DNA of 64,000 bases. It comes from Verrucomicrobiota bacterium. Lineage in GTDB: Bacteria; Auribacterota; JABMQX01; JAFGEW01. Positions 47,139 through 56,466 of the stretch are shown piece by piece; position 1 is the first letter of the stretch, and each line of letters opens with the position of its first letter. The position numbers were made by a program, and so were the translations under genes. The stretch spans positions 18,522-82,521 of the forward strand of contig JAFGEW010000099.1 of NCBI GenBank assembly GCA_016931415.1. The letters are read 5' to 3'. Below the pieces are notes generated by a model. The model was not told the origin of the DNA. It worked only from the letters and a program-made list of their open reading frames with translations, and made no database searches.

Positions 47139-47996
47139 CTACTCCTTCGTTGGCCCTGTGGTGTAGTCGGTCACCGGCACAAATCCGAGCGTCTCGACAA
47201 TCTCTTGCCCATGGCGAGACAGGTAGAGCGTAACGAACGCGTGGAGATGCGTGCCCATGCTCGGATAGCCGTTGGTGAACATGAACAGGGGCCGTGCGAT
47301 CGGGTAGATGCCCGACTTGACCGTCTCCGGGCTCGGGGCGATGCCGTTGATCGTGAGCCCTTTGACCTTGCGATCGAGGAAGCCGAGCCCCACGTAACCG
47401 ATGGCCGTGGCTGTCGTCGAAACCTTCTTGTGTACGGCGCCGTTGCTGCCGTAGTACTCGGTCGCGGACGCCATTTTCCCCTTGTTCATCACGAGCGACT
47501 CGAACGTCTCGTATGTCCCACTATTGGTGTCACGGCTGCACACCACGATGGCCTTGTCTGGCCCACCAAGCTCCTTCCAGTTCGTGATGGTCCCTGTGTA
47601 GATGCCGCGCACCTGCTCGACCGTGAGGCCATTGACCGGATTGCTCGGGTGCACGATGACGGCGATCCCGTCGAGCGCCACAACGTGAGCAACCGGGGTG
47701 ATCCCCTTCTCGATGGCCGCTTTGACCTCCTCATCCTTCATGAACCGCGACATGTCGGCCACGTCGCATGTGCCATTGACGAGGCTCTTGGCCCCGTTGC
47801 CGCTGCCCGATTCGCTCACCGTGATGTTCACGCCCGGGTTGCGCTCCATGTAGTACTCGGCAAACGCCTTGGCGATCGGTCCCACCGTCGTCGAGCCGTC
47901 CACGACGATGCTCGTGTCGCTGCCTGCCGCGCCCGCGGCGAGACCGAGTCCCGCAAGGAGGGCCAGCACGCTGATGCAGAGAGCAAACGCTTTCAT
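47139..47996 (-). CDS. pstS: Phosphate-binding protein
   Basis: Signal peptide; GSTTV, GSGNG, SRDTNSGT, YPIARPL. Confidence 0.94.
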   Translation of the reverse strand: MKAFALCISVLALLAGLGLAAGAAGSDTSIVVDGSTTVGPIAKAFAEYYMERNPGVNITVSESGSGNGAKSLVNGTCDVADMSRFMKDEEVKAAIEKGITPVAHVVALDGIAVIVHPSNPVNGLTVEQVRGIYTGTITNWKELGGPDKAIVVCSRDTNSGTYETFESLVMNKGKMASATEYYGSNGAVHKKVSTTATAIGYVGLGFLDRKVKGLTINGIAPSPETVKSGIYPIARPLFMFTNGYPSMGTHLHAFVTLYLSRHGQEIVETLGFVPVTDYTTGPTKE

Positions 47997-48048
47997 GTCG
48001 TCATCTCCTTGGCTTCAATGATACGTCCGCGTGTCAACCATGTTCCAG

Positions 48049-49254
48049 CTAGAAATCGATCTGGAAGCGCATCTGCACGATGTCGGCTTCCCCGACACCG
48101 CTCACGTCCGAGTTGACGTAGTTCAGCATGATGCGCGTGTTGGGGTTGAGGTACCAGTTCGCGCCGAGGGTGATATCGTCCATCTCACCGCCCTCGATCG
48201 TCCCGTCGGTCAGGTCGATGCTCGAGTAGCGGGCGGTGAGCTGCACTGCACCCATGCCGCCGTCCACCATGAGATTCCGATTTGGCCTGACGCGGTCGAA
48301 GGCGCCTTCCGAGAGCTTGTAGCGGCGGTGCTCGCCGGTCAGGAAATAGCTTGCCTCCACATAGTAGCCGGCGAAGTCCGGATCGCCCGATGCAGCCGAC
48401 TGCACCGCGGCCATGATGTACTCCCCTTGTACCGACAACGGGCCGAACACGGCCGCTGCCTCAACACCAATCAAGTCCACTTCCTCGGCCTCGAAGTCAC
48501 CGGTGTCGACGAACCGCGTCGACAAGTGCGCCTCAGGCCGGGCACGGTAGCGCACCTCATCGCCCGGCAGTTTCCTGTGGCTGTAGGCCGCGCCGAGATG
48601 GAGCAGTCTCTCGCCCTTGTCTTCGTAGAGGGGCACGCCTGTCACTCGTGCTGTCAGGTTGTAGTCACTGCCGCCCGCGAACTCGCCGAAGTCGTCGGTT
48701 TCACGGAAGATGCCGGCACCGTACGTGATGCGCTCGTTCATTGCATTGCCCAAGTAGCCGATGCCTACGTTCCGGCTGGGCGAGAAGGTATTGGCCAGCG
48801 AACCCTCCATCAGCGTGACGTACTTGCTGCTCGTGATCTCCTCAAGGCTGAACGGCTCCTTGAAGTGCCCAACGCGCACTGTTCCTGGCCCGACGTTCAG
48901 GATGCCGATGTACATGTCCTTCAACGCCGCCTCACCGCCGGCGAAGTCATACTGTGCCTTGAACTCGACCGAGTCGTAGATGGTCCCCGAGAAGTACAGG
49001 CGCGCCCGGCGGAACTCGATCGCCTCGTCAAGCGGGTCTTCCTCGTCGTCCAGCGCCGCATCCAAATCGAACCAAGCCATGTCGACCATGATCCGGCCCC
49101 CGACCTTGAGCTTGAACGCGCCGTCCTCCGAGTCGGCCCGCAGGCCTTCCTTCCAGTAGACGTTCAAGTCCTCGGCCAGCGCCTGACCTGCCACGACAGA
49201 AGCCGCCAGCAGGCCCAACAAAAACACTCGCATCCGGCTCCCGATTCCCTTCAT
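48049..49254 (-). CDS. Phosphate-selective porin, OprO/OprP family
   Basis: FRRARL, GHFKEPFSLE, RARPE, GANWYLN, C-terminal Phe. Confidence 0.88.
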   Translation of the reverse strand: MKGIGSRMRVFLLGLLAASVVAGQALAEDLNVYWKEGLRADSEDGAFKLKVGGRIMVDMAWFDLDAALDDEEDPLDEAIEFRRARLYFSGTIYDSVEFKAQYDFAGGEAALKDMYIGILNVGPGTVRVGHFKEPFSLEEITSSKYVTLMEGSLANTFSPSRNVGIGYLGNAMNERITYGAGIFRETDDFGEFAGGSDYNLTARVTGVPLYEDKGERLLHLGAAYSHRKLPGDEVRYRARPEAHLSTRFVDTGDFEAEEVDLIGVEAAAVFGPLSVQGEYIMAAVQSAASGDPDFAGYYVEASYFLTGEHRRYKLSEGAFDRVRPNRNLMVDGGMGAVQLTARYSSIDLTDGTIEGGEMDDITLGANWYLNPNTRIMLNYVNSDVSGVGEADIVQMRFQIDF

Positions 49255-49345
49255 TTTCTCCTCCTCAACAGGCGTTTGTGCGTTTTGCAGGAGCGGCTGG
49301 TGTCCACCCTGGGCACGGCATACTCCGCCCTCCATCTTGGCGGGG

Positions 49346-49389
49346 AACTTACAGCGGGCGTGTGAAGAGAAGATGAAGGCGGAATGAAG
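49346..49389 (-). promoter_or_regulatory. Pho-box promoter of the porin-pst operon
   Basis: Minus strand CTTCAT, CTTCAT, CTTCAC with exact 11 bp period, then 10 nt, then TAAGTT. Confidence 0.72.
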
Positions 49390-49418
49390 GTTCTTCCGCG
49401 AGGGATCGTCTGCGCAGT

Positions 49419-51185
49419 CTACTGCGCCAGAGTGAAGCGGACACGGAACGTGCTGCCAAGCCCCGGCGCGCTCTCGACGGTGACACGGCCGCCGTGTGCC
49501 TCGGCGATGTGCTTGACGATGGAGAGCCCGAGCCCCGTGCCGCCTAGCTCGCGCGAACGGGCCTTGTCGACGCGGTAGAAGCGCTCGAAGATCCGCGCCT
49601 GATCGCGCGGCTCGATGCCGATGCCGGTGTCCGCCACCTCAAGCACCGCCTCATCGCCTTCGGCTGTCAGTCGCACCTCGACACGCCCGCCCTCGGGTGT
49701 GAACTTGATAGCGTTGTCCAGAAGGTTCTCGATCAGTTGCCGCACGGCGTTGGGTTCACAGAGCACGACGACGGGCCGATCCGGCAACGTCACCGCGAGC
49801 TTCACCTTCTTGTGCTCGGACAGCGCCCCGAACTGGTGGACCGCCTCATCGATCGGCTGCCGAACATCGCTTGGTTTCAGTTCGAGCGCGGTGTCCCGCG
49901 ACTCGACGCGCGACAGCACCAACAGATCGGCCGTGAGCGCTGCTAAGCGATGGGCCTGATCCTGCAGCTTCGTCAGGAAGCGGCGGCGCGTTGCGTCATC
50001 CATTGACTCATCGTCGAGCAGGGTCTCGACTAGGCCCTGGATTGCAGTCAGTGGCGTCTTGAGCTCATGCGAAACGTTCGCCACGAAGTCACGCCGAACC
50101 GTCTCGAGCTGCCGTAGACGTGTGACGTCATGGAGGACAACTACCGCGCCGCTCAATGCCCCCTCGGCGTCGCGCAGCGGCGCCGCCTGCATCTCGACGA
50201 CGCGGTCCGCAGTCAGCGTTGCCTCCGTCGTCACTCCAGCCGCCGTCTTGAGCGCCGCGGCGATGGTCTCGTTCACTCCAGGCAGACGCGTCACTTCCCA
50301 GACATGTCTGCCGGTACTCGCGTCCGGCGTCGTGCCGAGGATCTCACCCGCCGCGGCGTTCATATGGACGACGCGTTCGTGGCGGTCCACGGCCACAACG
50401 CCCTCGACCATGCTCGCCAGAATGGCCAACACTTCGTTGCGATCAGCCGTGATCCGCTCCATGCGCTCGCGCAACTGGCTCGACATGCGGTCGAGCGCCG
50501 CGGCGAGCTGGCCGATCTCGTCAGGCGTCTGAACATGCGCCCGTTGCGTGTAGTCACCGGCGGCGATCGCCTTGGCGACGCGCGTCATTGCGCGGAGGGG
50601 CTCGGTGACGCGCCTCGCGACGAACACACCAATCACGGCGGCGGCCCCGGCCCCGATGAGCCCGCCAAGCAACACGACGAGTCGCACGCGCCGCAGGCGC
50701 TCCTGGACGGCGGTCAACGGAAGCGAGGTGCGAACGAAGCCGTAGAGCACGTTGCCTTCTTCGACAGCCAGTGCCAGATACATCATGCGCGTGTGAAGCG
50801 TATCGCTGTAGCGCACGTGCAGGCCGACACCTTGCTGGCGCGCCGCCAGCACTTCCGCACGGCGGCCGTGGTTGTCCATCGTCCCTGGGTCCGACTCCGA
50901 GTCGGCTACCACTGCGCCGTTCTTGTCCATCACGGTGAGCCGCGTGTTGATCTGGCGCCCGAGTGTTGCCACACGGGCTTGCAGCGTCGGATCGCCACCT
51001 TTGGCGAACGCCTGCAAAGCCATGTCAGCAAGGAGCTCGGCCCGGCTGCGGAGCGCTTGCCCGGTCTCATGCAGCGCATCTGCCTCGATTCGCCGCGATA
51101 CAAGCACGCCCACGACGACGGCTGTCACGACGACAAGGGCGACAAGGCTGAAATAGACTCTGCAAAAGAAGCGCTTGCACAGCAC
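49419..51185 (-). CDS. phoR: Phosphate regulon sensor kinase
   Basis: TM-HAMP-PAS layout; DFVANVSHELKTPL, RIFERFYRVDKARSR, GGTGLGL. Confidence 0.93.
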   Translation of the reverse strand: MLCKRFFCRVYFSLVALVVVTAVVVGVLVSRRIEADALHETGQALRSRAELLADMALQAFAKGGDPTLQARVATLGRQINTRLTVMDKNGAVVADSESDPGTMDNHGRRAEVLAARQQGVGLHVRYSDTLHTRMMYLALAVEEGNVLYGFVRTSLPLTAVQERLRRVRLVVLLGGLIGAGAAAVIGVFVARRVTEPLRAMTRVAKAIAAGDYTQRAHVQTPDEIGQLAAALDRMSSQLRERMERITADRNEVLAILASMVEGVVAVDRHERVVHMNAAAGEILGTTPDASTGRHVWEVTRLPGVNETIAAALKTAAGVTTEATLTADRVVEMQAAPLRDAEGALSGAVVVLHDVTRLRQLETVRRDFVANVSHELKTPLTAIQGLVETLLDDESMDDATRRRFLTKLQDQAHRLAALTADLLVLSRVESRDTALELKPSDVRQPIDEAVHQFGALSEHKKVKLAVTLPDRPVVVLCEPNAVRQLIENLLDNAIKFTPEGGRVEVRLTAEGDEAVLEVADTGIGIEPRDQARIFERFYRVDKARSRELGGTGLGLSIVKHIAEAHGGRVTVESAPGLGSTFRVRFTLAQ

Positions 51186-51188
51186 GGC

Positions 51189-51887
51189 TCAGCTCTCCAC
51201 ATCGCGGAACCGATACCCGACGCCGCGGATGGTCTCGATCACCTCGTGGTAATCGCCCAGTTTCTTGCGCACGGCGCGCACATGCACGTCGATGTTGCGG
51301 TCCACGACGACGGCATGCTCCCCGATCACCCGGTTCAGAAGCTGGTCACGCGTGAACACGCGCCCTGGGTGCGAGGCCAGAAAATGGAGCAGCCGAAACT
51401 CGGTGGCAGTGAGCGTCACAGGCGTGTCGTCAACACGAACCTCGAAGCGTACGGCGTCAATCATCACGCCGTCGCGCACGATGCGTTCGCCGCCGCCTGC
51501 CTCTTCCTTCAGCGGTCCGCGCCGCAGCACGGCTCGGACGCGCGCGACAAGCTCTTTGGGGCTGAACGGCTTGGTGACATAGTCATCGGCCCCCACGCCG
51601 AGACCGAGGACGATGTCGCTCTCTTCGCCCTTGGCCGTCACCATGATGATCGGGATCGCACGGGTTACCTGGTCGGCCTTGAGCTGTCGGCACAGCTCGA
51701 TGCCGTCGAGGCCCGGCAGCATCAGGTCGAGCAGCACGAGGTCGGGTGCCTCGTCCCGGACCAGGTTGAGGCCCTTGCGGCCGTCGCGCGCCGCGCTGAC
51801 GCGGTAGCCCTCCCGCGCGAGATTGTACTGCATGACCTCGAGGATGTCCTCTTCGTCCTCGATGATAGCGATCTTCGCCTGCGCCAT
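51189..51887 (-). CDS. phoB: Phosphate regulon response regulator
   Basis: LDLMLPG, GADDYVTKPFSP, DVHV..RKKL, TIRGVGYRF; pst context. Confidence 0.92.
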   Translation of the reverse strand: MAQAKIAIIEDEEDILEVMQYNLAREGYRVSAARDGRKGLNLVRDEAPDLVLLDLMLPGLDGIELCRQLKADQVTRAIPIIMVTAKGEESDIVLGLGVGADDYVTKPFSPKELVARVRAVLRRGPLKEEAGGGERIVRDGVMIDAVRFEVRVDDTPVTLTATEFRLLHFLASHPGRVFTRDQLLNRVIGEHAVVVDRNIDVHVRAVRKKLGDYHEVIETIRGVGYRFRDVES

Positions 51888-51946
51888 ACGCCGCCCCGTC
51901 TTCATCGCGTTTTCGGTCGCGTGCCCCTTGGGCCGTTCAGCGCGCT

Positions 51947-51991
51947 CTTGTACGCGACGCAGTATGAAGGAAAAGCAAAGACGATGTGAAG
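51947..51991 (-). promoter_or_regulatory. Pho-box promoter of phoBR
   Basis: Minus strand CTTCAC, CTTTGC, CTTCAT with 11 bp period, then 11 nt, then TACAAG. Confidence 0.6.
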
Positions 51992-52254
51992 CCTTTCTGG
52001 AGCAAGTGCAACAGACGCAGCTCTCATTCCCTCAAGCTTGGCCGGGAAGCGGCAGGCGCGTCGCGGGCAAACAGCGCAACTGCCCCGTTTTCGCGCTTGA
52101 TCTTGGCCGCGCCGCTCCATAGCATCTGGTCCGGGAGCGTTCCCATCGGGGGCGTTTCCGTTCACAGCGAGGGGCGCGCCGCTCGACGCCGACCCCGGGT
52201 TGTGTGGAGGAAAGGGAGTCAACGCATCCGTGCGGCGGAGGAGGGTCCGAGCGC

Positions 52255-53037
52255 ATGCAGCATCCTGACGCCTTGATGGCGATCCTCATGTTTGCCTTTG
52301 CCGCCGTCATCTTTCTCTTCATCTGGCGTGCCCGCCGCGGTCATCTCTCACGTGTGCGCAAGATCGGCGGCATCGCCGCGCTCGAGGAGGCCGTCGGACG
52401 CGCGACCGAGACCGGCCGGCCCGTCGTCTTCGCCATGGGCGGCTCGGACATCATGGACATCATGACGCACGCCTCGCTCGCCGTCATGTCGCACATTGCC
52501 CGGCTCGCCGCGCGAGTGCACACGCGCTTCGTCGCGCTGGTACGCATCCCCAACGTGTTTCCCGTCGCCGAGGAGTTCGTTCGCGAGGCCTACAAGGCCG
52601 AGGGCGTCCTTGAGGAGTTCGATGCTGAGGAGCAGGTCCGCTTCGTCACGGACAACGCGATGGTCTACGCCATGAGTGTCGCGCGCTACATCGAGGAACA
52701 CAAGGCCGGGTGCGCCGTCTTCCTGGGCGCCTTCGACTTCACCAGCCTCCTGATGACCGAGCCCGGTGCCCAGATGGGCGTGATCCAGATCGCCGGGGAC
52801 CCGTACCTGTGGCAGGTTCCGTTCTTCGTCTGCACGTGCGACTACACGATTATGGGCGAGGAGTACTTCGCCGCCGGCGCCTACGTCAGCCCCGACCCGA
52901 CGATGCGCGGCACGCTCGTGAGCCAGGACATCATCAAGGCCATCTTCGTTGGCCTCATCCTTCTTGGACTGCTCTGCTATCACCTCGATGTCAGCCCCGC
53001 GCGCTGGTTCGTCGAGCTGTTGCAGCACTACAAGTAG
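52255..53037 (+). CDS. DUF6754-like membrane-anchored protein
   Basis: RKIGGIAALEEAVGRATETGRP and CDYTIMGEEYFAAGAY motifs; TM segments at both ends. Confidence 0.75.
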   Translation: MQHPDALMAILMFAFAAVIFLFIWRARRGHLSRVRKIGGIAALEEAVGRATETGRPVVFAMGGSDIMDIMTHASLAVMSHIARLAARVHTRFVALVRIPNVFPVAEEFVREAYKAEGVLEEFDAEEQVRFVTDNAMVYAMSVARYIEEHKAGCAVFLGAFDFTSLLMTEPGAQMGVIQIAGDPYLWQVPFFVCTCDYTIMGEEYFAAGAYVSPDPTMRGTLVSQDIIKAIFVGLILLGLLCYHLDVSPARWFVELLQHYK

Positions 53038-53052
53038 ACAAGGAAGCAGCTT

Positions 53053-53709
53053 GTGGCAACACGCCGCCTCATCGTCAGGCTCCTCACGCTCGTGGGCGGG
53101 TTGTTCTTCATCGTCGAGTTCCTCATCCCGGGGTACCGACCCAACGGCGAGAATTTCCTTTCACCGCTGCGTGTCGGCGCGACGACGCTCCTCATGGTCG
53201 TCTCGGCCATGGCGTTCCTGCTCGGCCCGATCAGCCTCGTGCGCAGCCACCTCATGCGCCTCGTTCGGCGTCAGCCCGGCGTCTTCTACAGCCTCACGTT
53301 TCTCGTCTTCCTCGTCTTCGGCATCGTGGCCACTGCTGTCGAGAATGTTGCGAACCTCAAGTTCCTCTACAACGTCGCGTTCTACGGGTTCGGCCTCGCG
53401 CTCGGCGCCACGAGCATGGCGATCCTGGCCTTCTACCTTATGTCGGCCGCGTACCGTTCCTTCCGGCTCAACAACCTTGACTCCGGCGTCATGATGGGCG
53501 CCGCCGTCATCGTGCTCTTAGGTCTCGTGCCGCTCGGCGACTATCTGACCTACGCCCTGCCCGAATGGCTCCATCTCGGTTCCTGGGCGAGCTGGATCCT
53601 CGAAGTGCCCAACGTGGCCATCCAGCGCGCCGTGCTCATAGGCGCTGTCGCCGGCGCATTCGCCGCGGGCCTGCGGCAGTGGCTTGGACTCGGCAGGGTG
53701 GTGGGGTAG
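53053..53709 (+). CDS. Uncharacterised polytopic membrane protein
   Basis: About six TM segments; SAAYRSFR and P..A.QRA..IG motifs. Confidence 0.8.
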   Translation: MATRRLIVRLLTLVGGLFFIVEFLIPGYRPNGENFLSPLRVGATTLLMVVSAMAFLLGPISLVRSHLMRLVRRQPGVFYSLTFLVFLVFGIVATAVENVANLKFLYNVAFYGFGLALGATSMAILAFYLMSAAYRSFRLNNLDSGVMMGAAVIVLLGLVPLGDYLTYALPEWLHLGSWASWILEVPNVAIQRAVLIGAVAGAFAAGLRQWLGLGRVVG

Positions 53710-53712
53710 GCC

Positions 53713-54576
53713 ATGACCAGGTTCTTCGCCAGATTCCACAACCTCGACAGGCGCTGGCTCTACCTCGCCATGGTCGTTATTCTCTCGGTCCCGGTCATCA
53801 TTCAGATCCCACTGCCGCCCGGTGCAACGTCGCCGACGACCAAGGGCCTTTACGATCTCATTGAGTCGTGCCCCGAGGACAAGGTGATCCTGATCGATTC
53901 GAGCTGGGACGCCGGCTCGGCGGCCGAGAACCGCGCCCAGCTCGAATGCGTCATCCGCCACATCTGCCGCGAGAAGATCAAGTTCGTCGTCACCTCGGCC
54001 GGCATCACGGTCTTCGGGCCCGAGTTCGCCAACCAGATCATCGAGCCCATCGCGGCGGAAACCGGCTACGTCTACGGCGCCGACTGGGTCAGCCTCGGCT
54101 ACAAGGTCGCGCCGCAGGGCTCGATCAGCCTGCTCATCGACGGCATCTGCAAGGACCTGCACAGCGTCTACCCGGCCGACCACCGGGGCACGCCCGTGAG
54201 CGAGTTACCCCTTATGGACCGGGTGAGGACACACGAGGACTTCCACCTCGTCTACTGCGTTACCTATCAGCCCGACAATGCGTGGATCAGCTTCGTCAAG
54301 GGCCAGTTCGATGTCCCGGTCGCTTACGGTTGCATGACGATCTCGGCGCCCGGCTACTACCCGTTCATCGACAGCAGGCAACTCGCGGGCATGCTGATCG
54401 GCAACCGCGGCGCGGCCGAATACGAGGAACTCAACCACAAGCCCGGCCTCGGGCGGATCCTTATCATGGCCACCTCCTTCGGCAACCTCATGATCATCCT
54501 CGCCGCCGTCGTCGGCAACATGGGCTTCTACGCCGCGCGCGCGCTCGAGCGCAATGCACGCCGGAGGGCCGGCTAG
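53713..54576 (+). CDS. Uncharacterised membrane-anchored alpha/beta protein
   Basis: N- and C-terminal TM segments; YGADWVSLGY and GAAEYE motifs. Confidence 0.8.
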   Translation: MTRFFARFHNLDRRWLYLAMVVILSVPVIIQIPLPPGATSPTTKGLYDLIESCPEDKVILIDSSWDAGSAAENRAQLECVIRHICREKIKFVVTSAGITVFGPEFANQIIEPIAAETGYVYGADWVSLGYKVAPQGSISLLIDGICKDLHSVYPADHRGTPVSELPLMDRVRTHEDFHLVYCVTYQPDNAWISFVKGQFDVPVAYGCMTISAPGYYPFIDSRQLAGMLIGNRGAAEYEELNHKPGLGRILIMATSFGNLMIILAAVVGNMGFYAARALERNARRRAG

Positions 54577-55257
54577 ATGAACGAACCTCTGACCATCTGG
54601 GTGGGCGCGATCGTCACGCTGGCTGTCTTCAGCTACCTGGTCAAGGAGAACGCGTTCTATCGCTTCTTTCTGCACGCGGCGCTCGGCACCACGGTCGGCA
54701 TGGGCATCGTCATGACGATCAAGCAGGTGCTGATCCCCAACTGGTATCAGCCGATCGCGAACGCAGTCACCGGTGATGGGCCGATGACCGGCCTGCTCTG
54801 GGTGCTGGCGCTTGTGCCCGGCTCGCTCTGGTACTTCCAGATGTCGAAGAAGCACTTCTGGGTCAGCACGCTCGTGAGCGGCCTGTTCATCGGCGTTGCC
54901 GCGGGCCTGGCCTTCAAGACGTGGATGCTGCTCATCATGCCGCAGATCGGCGCCTCGCTCAAACCGCTCAATCCGTTCGACGGCGGCTTCACGGGCGAGA
55001 AGCTCGCGGAGGTCGTGAGCAATTTCGTCTTCATCGCCTCGCTGCTGACCGCGTTGCTCTACTTTTTCTTCTCCTTCAGCACCGAGAGCAAGCTCATGGG
55101 CAAGCCGATGCGTTTCGGCCGCCTTATGATCATGGTCTGCCTCGGCGGCATGTTCGGAAGCACCGTCATGACCCGCCTCTCCTATCTCCTCGAGCGCCTC
55201 CGCTTCCTTTACCAGGACTGGATCGGCCGCCAGATCCTATCGCTCTTCGGCGGCTGA
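54577..55257 (+). CDS. Uncharacterised polytopic membrane protein
   Basis: About six TM segments; FSYLVKEN, YFFFS and FGSTVMTR motifs; TAGATG coupling to the upstream gene. Confidence 0.8.
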   Translation: MNEPLTIWVGAIVTLAVFSYLVKENAFYRFFLHAALGTTVGMGIVMTIKQVLIPNWYQPIANAVTGDGPMTGLLWVLALVPGSLWYFQMSKKHFWVSTLVSGLFIGVAAGLAFKTWMLLIMPQIGASLKPLNPFDGGFTGEKLAEVVSNFVFIASLLTALLYFFFSFSTESKLMGKPMRFGRLMIMVCLGGMFGSTVMTRLSYLLERLRFLYQDWIGRQILSLFGG

Positions 55258-55369
55258 CGCCGCACCCGTTCCAGCCCTGCCGGGCGCCGCGAGTCGCACG
55301 CCACACGCGATATGCGTTATACTGCATACAGAACGCGGAGACGTGCCGCACGCACAAGGGAGTCGCACG

Positions 55370-56443
55370 ATGAAGACGAAGATGAAGGTCAAGTCAGCCC
55401 ACATGCTCAGGCTGCCGCCCGGATCGTTGACCGCGCCGCCGGGCGCCTACATGCCAAAGACGATCGAGGTGTTCCGCTATACGGCCGATTCCGTCGAAGA
55501 GAAAAGCCTCGCGCGAGTGGCCGACCTTGCTGCCTGCAAGGACAAGCCAGGCGTGCTCTGGGTCAACGTCGACGGTGTCGGCGACGTCGAGATCGTGCGC
55601 GAGATCGGCAACCTGTTCGGTCTCCATCCGCTCGCGCTCGAAGACGTGCTTCACGTGCGCCAACGCCCGAAGGTGGACGACTACGGCGACCACCTCTATG
55701 TCGTCGTGCGCATGCTGCACTTCACCGATGAGGTCGAATCGGAACAGGTCAGCATGTTCCTGACCCGCAGCGCCGTCATCACCTTCCAGGAGCATCCGGG
55801 CGACTCCTTCGACACCGTGCGCCAGCGGCTGCGCAAAGGCACCGGCCTGGTCCAGCGCCACGGCGCCGACTACCTCATGTACGCGCTCATGGACGCAATC
55901 ATCGACGACTACTACCCGTTCCTCGAAGGCATCGGCGAGCAGGTCGAGGCGCTCGAAGACCAGGTCGTCGCGCGCCCCTCGCGCACCACGCTCGGCCGCG
56001 TGCACGCAGTCAAACGCAATCTGCTCGACGTGCGGCGCGCGGTCTGGCCGCTGCGCGATGCCGTGAACAGCCTGCTCCGCGAGGACAACGCGCTCATCGC
56101 CAAGGCGACGCGCCTCTACCTGCGCGACTGCTACGACCACACCGTGCAAGTGCTCGATATCGTTGAGACCTACCGCGAATCCGCCGGCAACCTCATGGAC
56201 ATCTACCTCTCGAGCGCGAGTAACCGGATGAACGAGGTGATGAAAGTGCTCACCATCATCGCCACGATCTTTATCCCGCTGACGTTCCTCGCGGGCGTCT
56301 ACGGCATGAACTTCAGGTACATGCCGGAACTCGGGCTCTCCTGGACCTATCCAGCCCTCTGGGCGGTCATGGTGGCCATCGCCGTCACCATGCTCGTCCT
56401 GTTCTGGCGCAAAGGCTGGATCGGCCGGGGACGAGGCGAGTAA
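55370..56443 (+). CDS. corA: Magnesium/cobalt transporter
   Basis: LHPLALED, QRPK, MNEVMKVLT, YGMNF, MPEL. Confidence 0.96.
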   Translation: MKTKMKVKSAHMLRLPPGSLTAPPGAYMPKTIEVFRYTADSVEEKSLARVADLAACKDKPGVLWVNVDGVGDVEIVREIGNLFGLHPLALEDVLHVRQRPKVDDYGDHLYVVVRMLHFTDEVESEQVSMFLTRSAVITFQEHPGDSFDTVRQRLRKGTGLVQRHGADYLMYALMDAIIDDYYPFLEGIGEQVEALEDQVVARPSRTTLGRVHAVKRNLLDVRRAVWPLRDAVNSLLREDNALIAKATRLYLRDCYDHTVQVLDIVETYRESAGNLMDIYLSSASNRMNEVMKVLTIIATIFIPLTFLAGVYGMNFRYMPELGLSWTYPALWAVMVAIAVTMLVLFWRKGWIGRGRGE

Positions 56444-56466
56444 GACGGAGCGCAGGACGAACTGCA

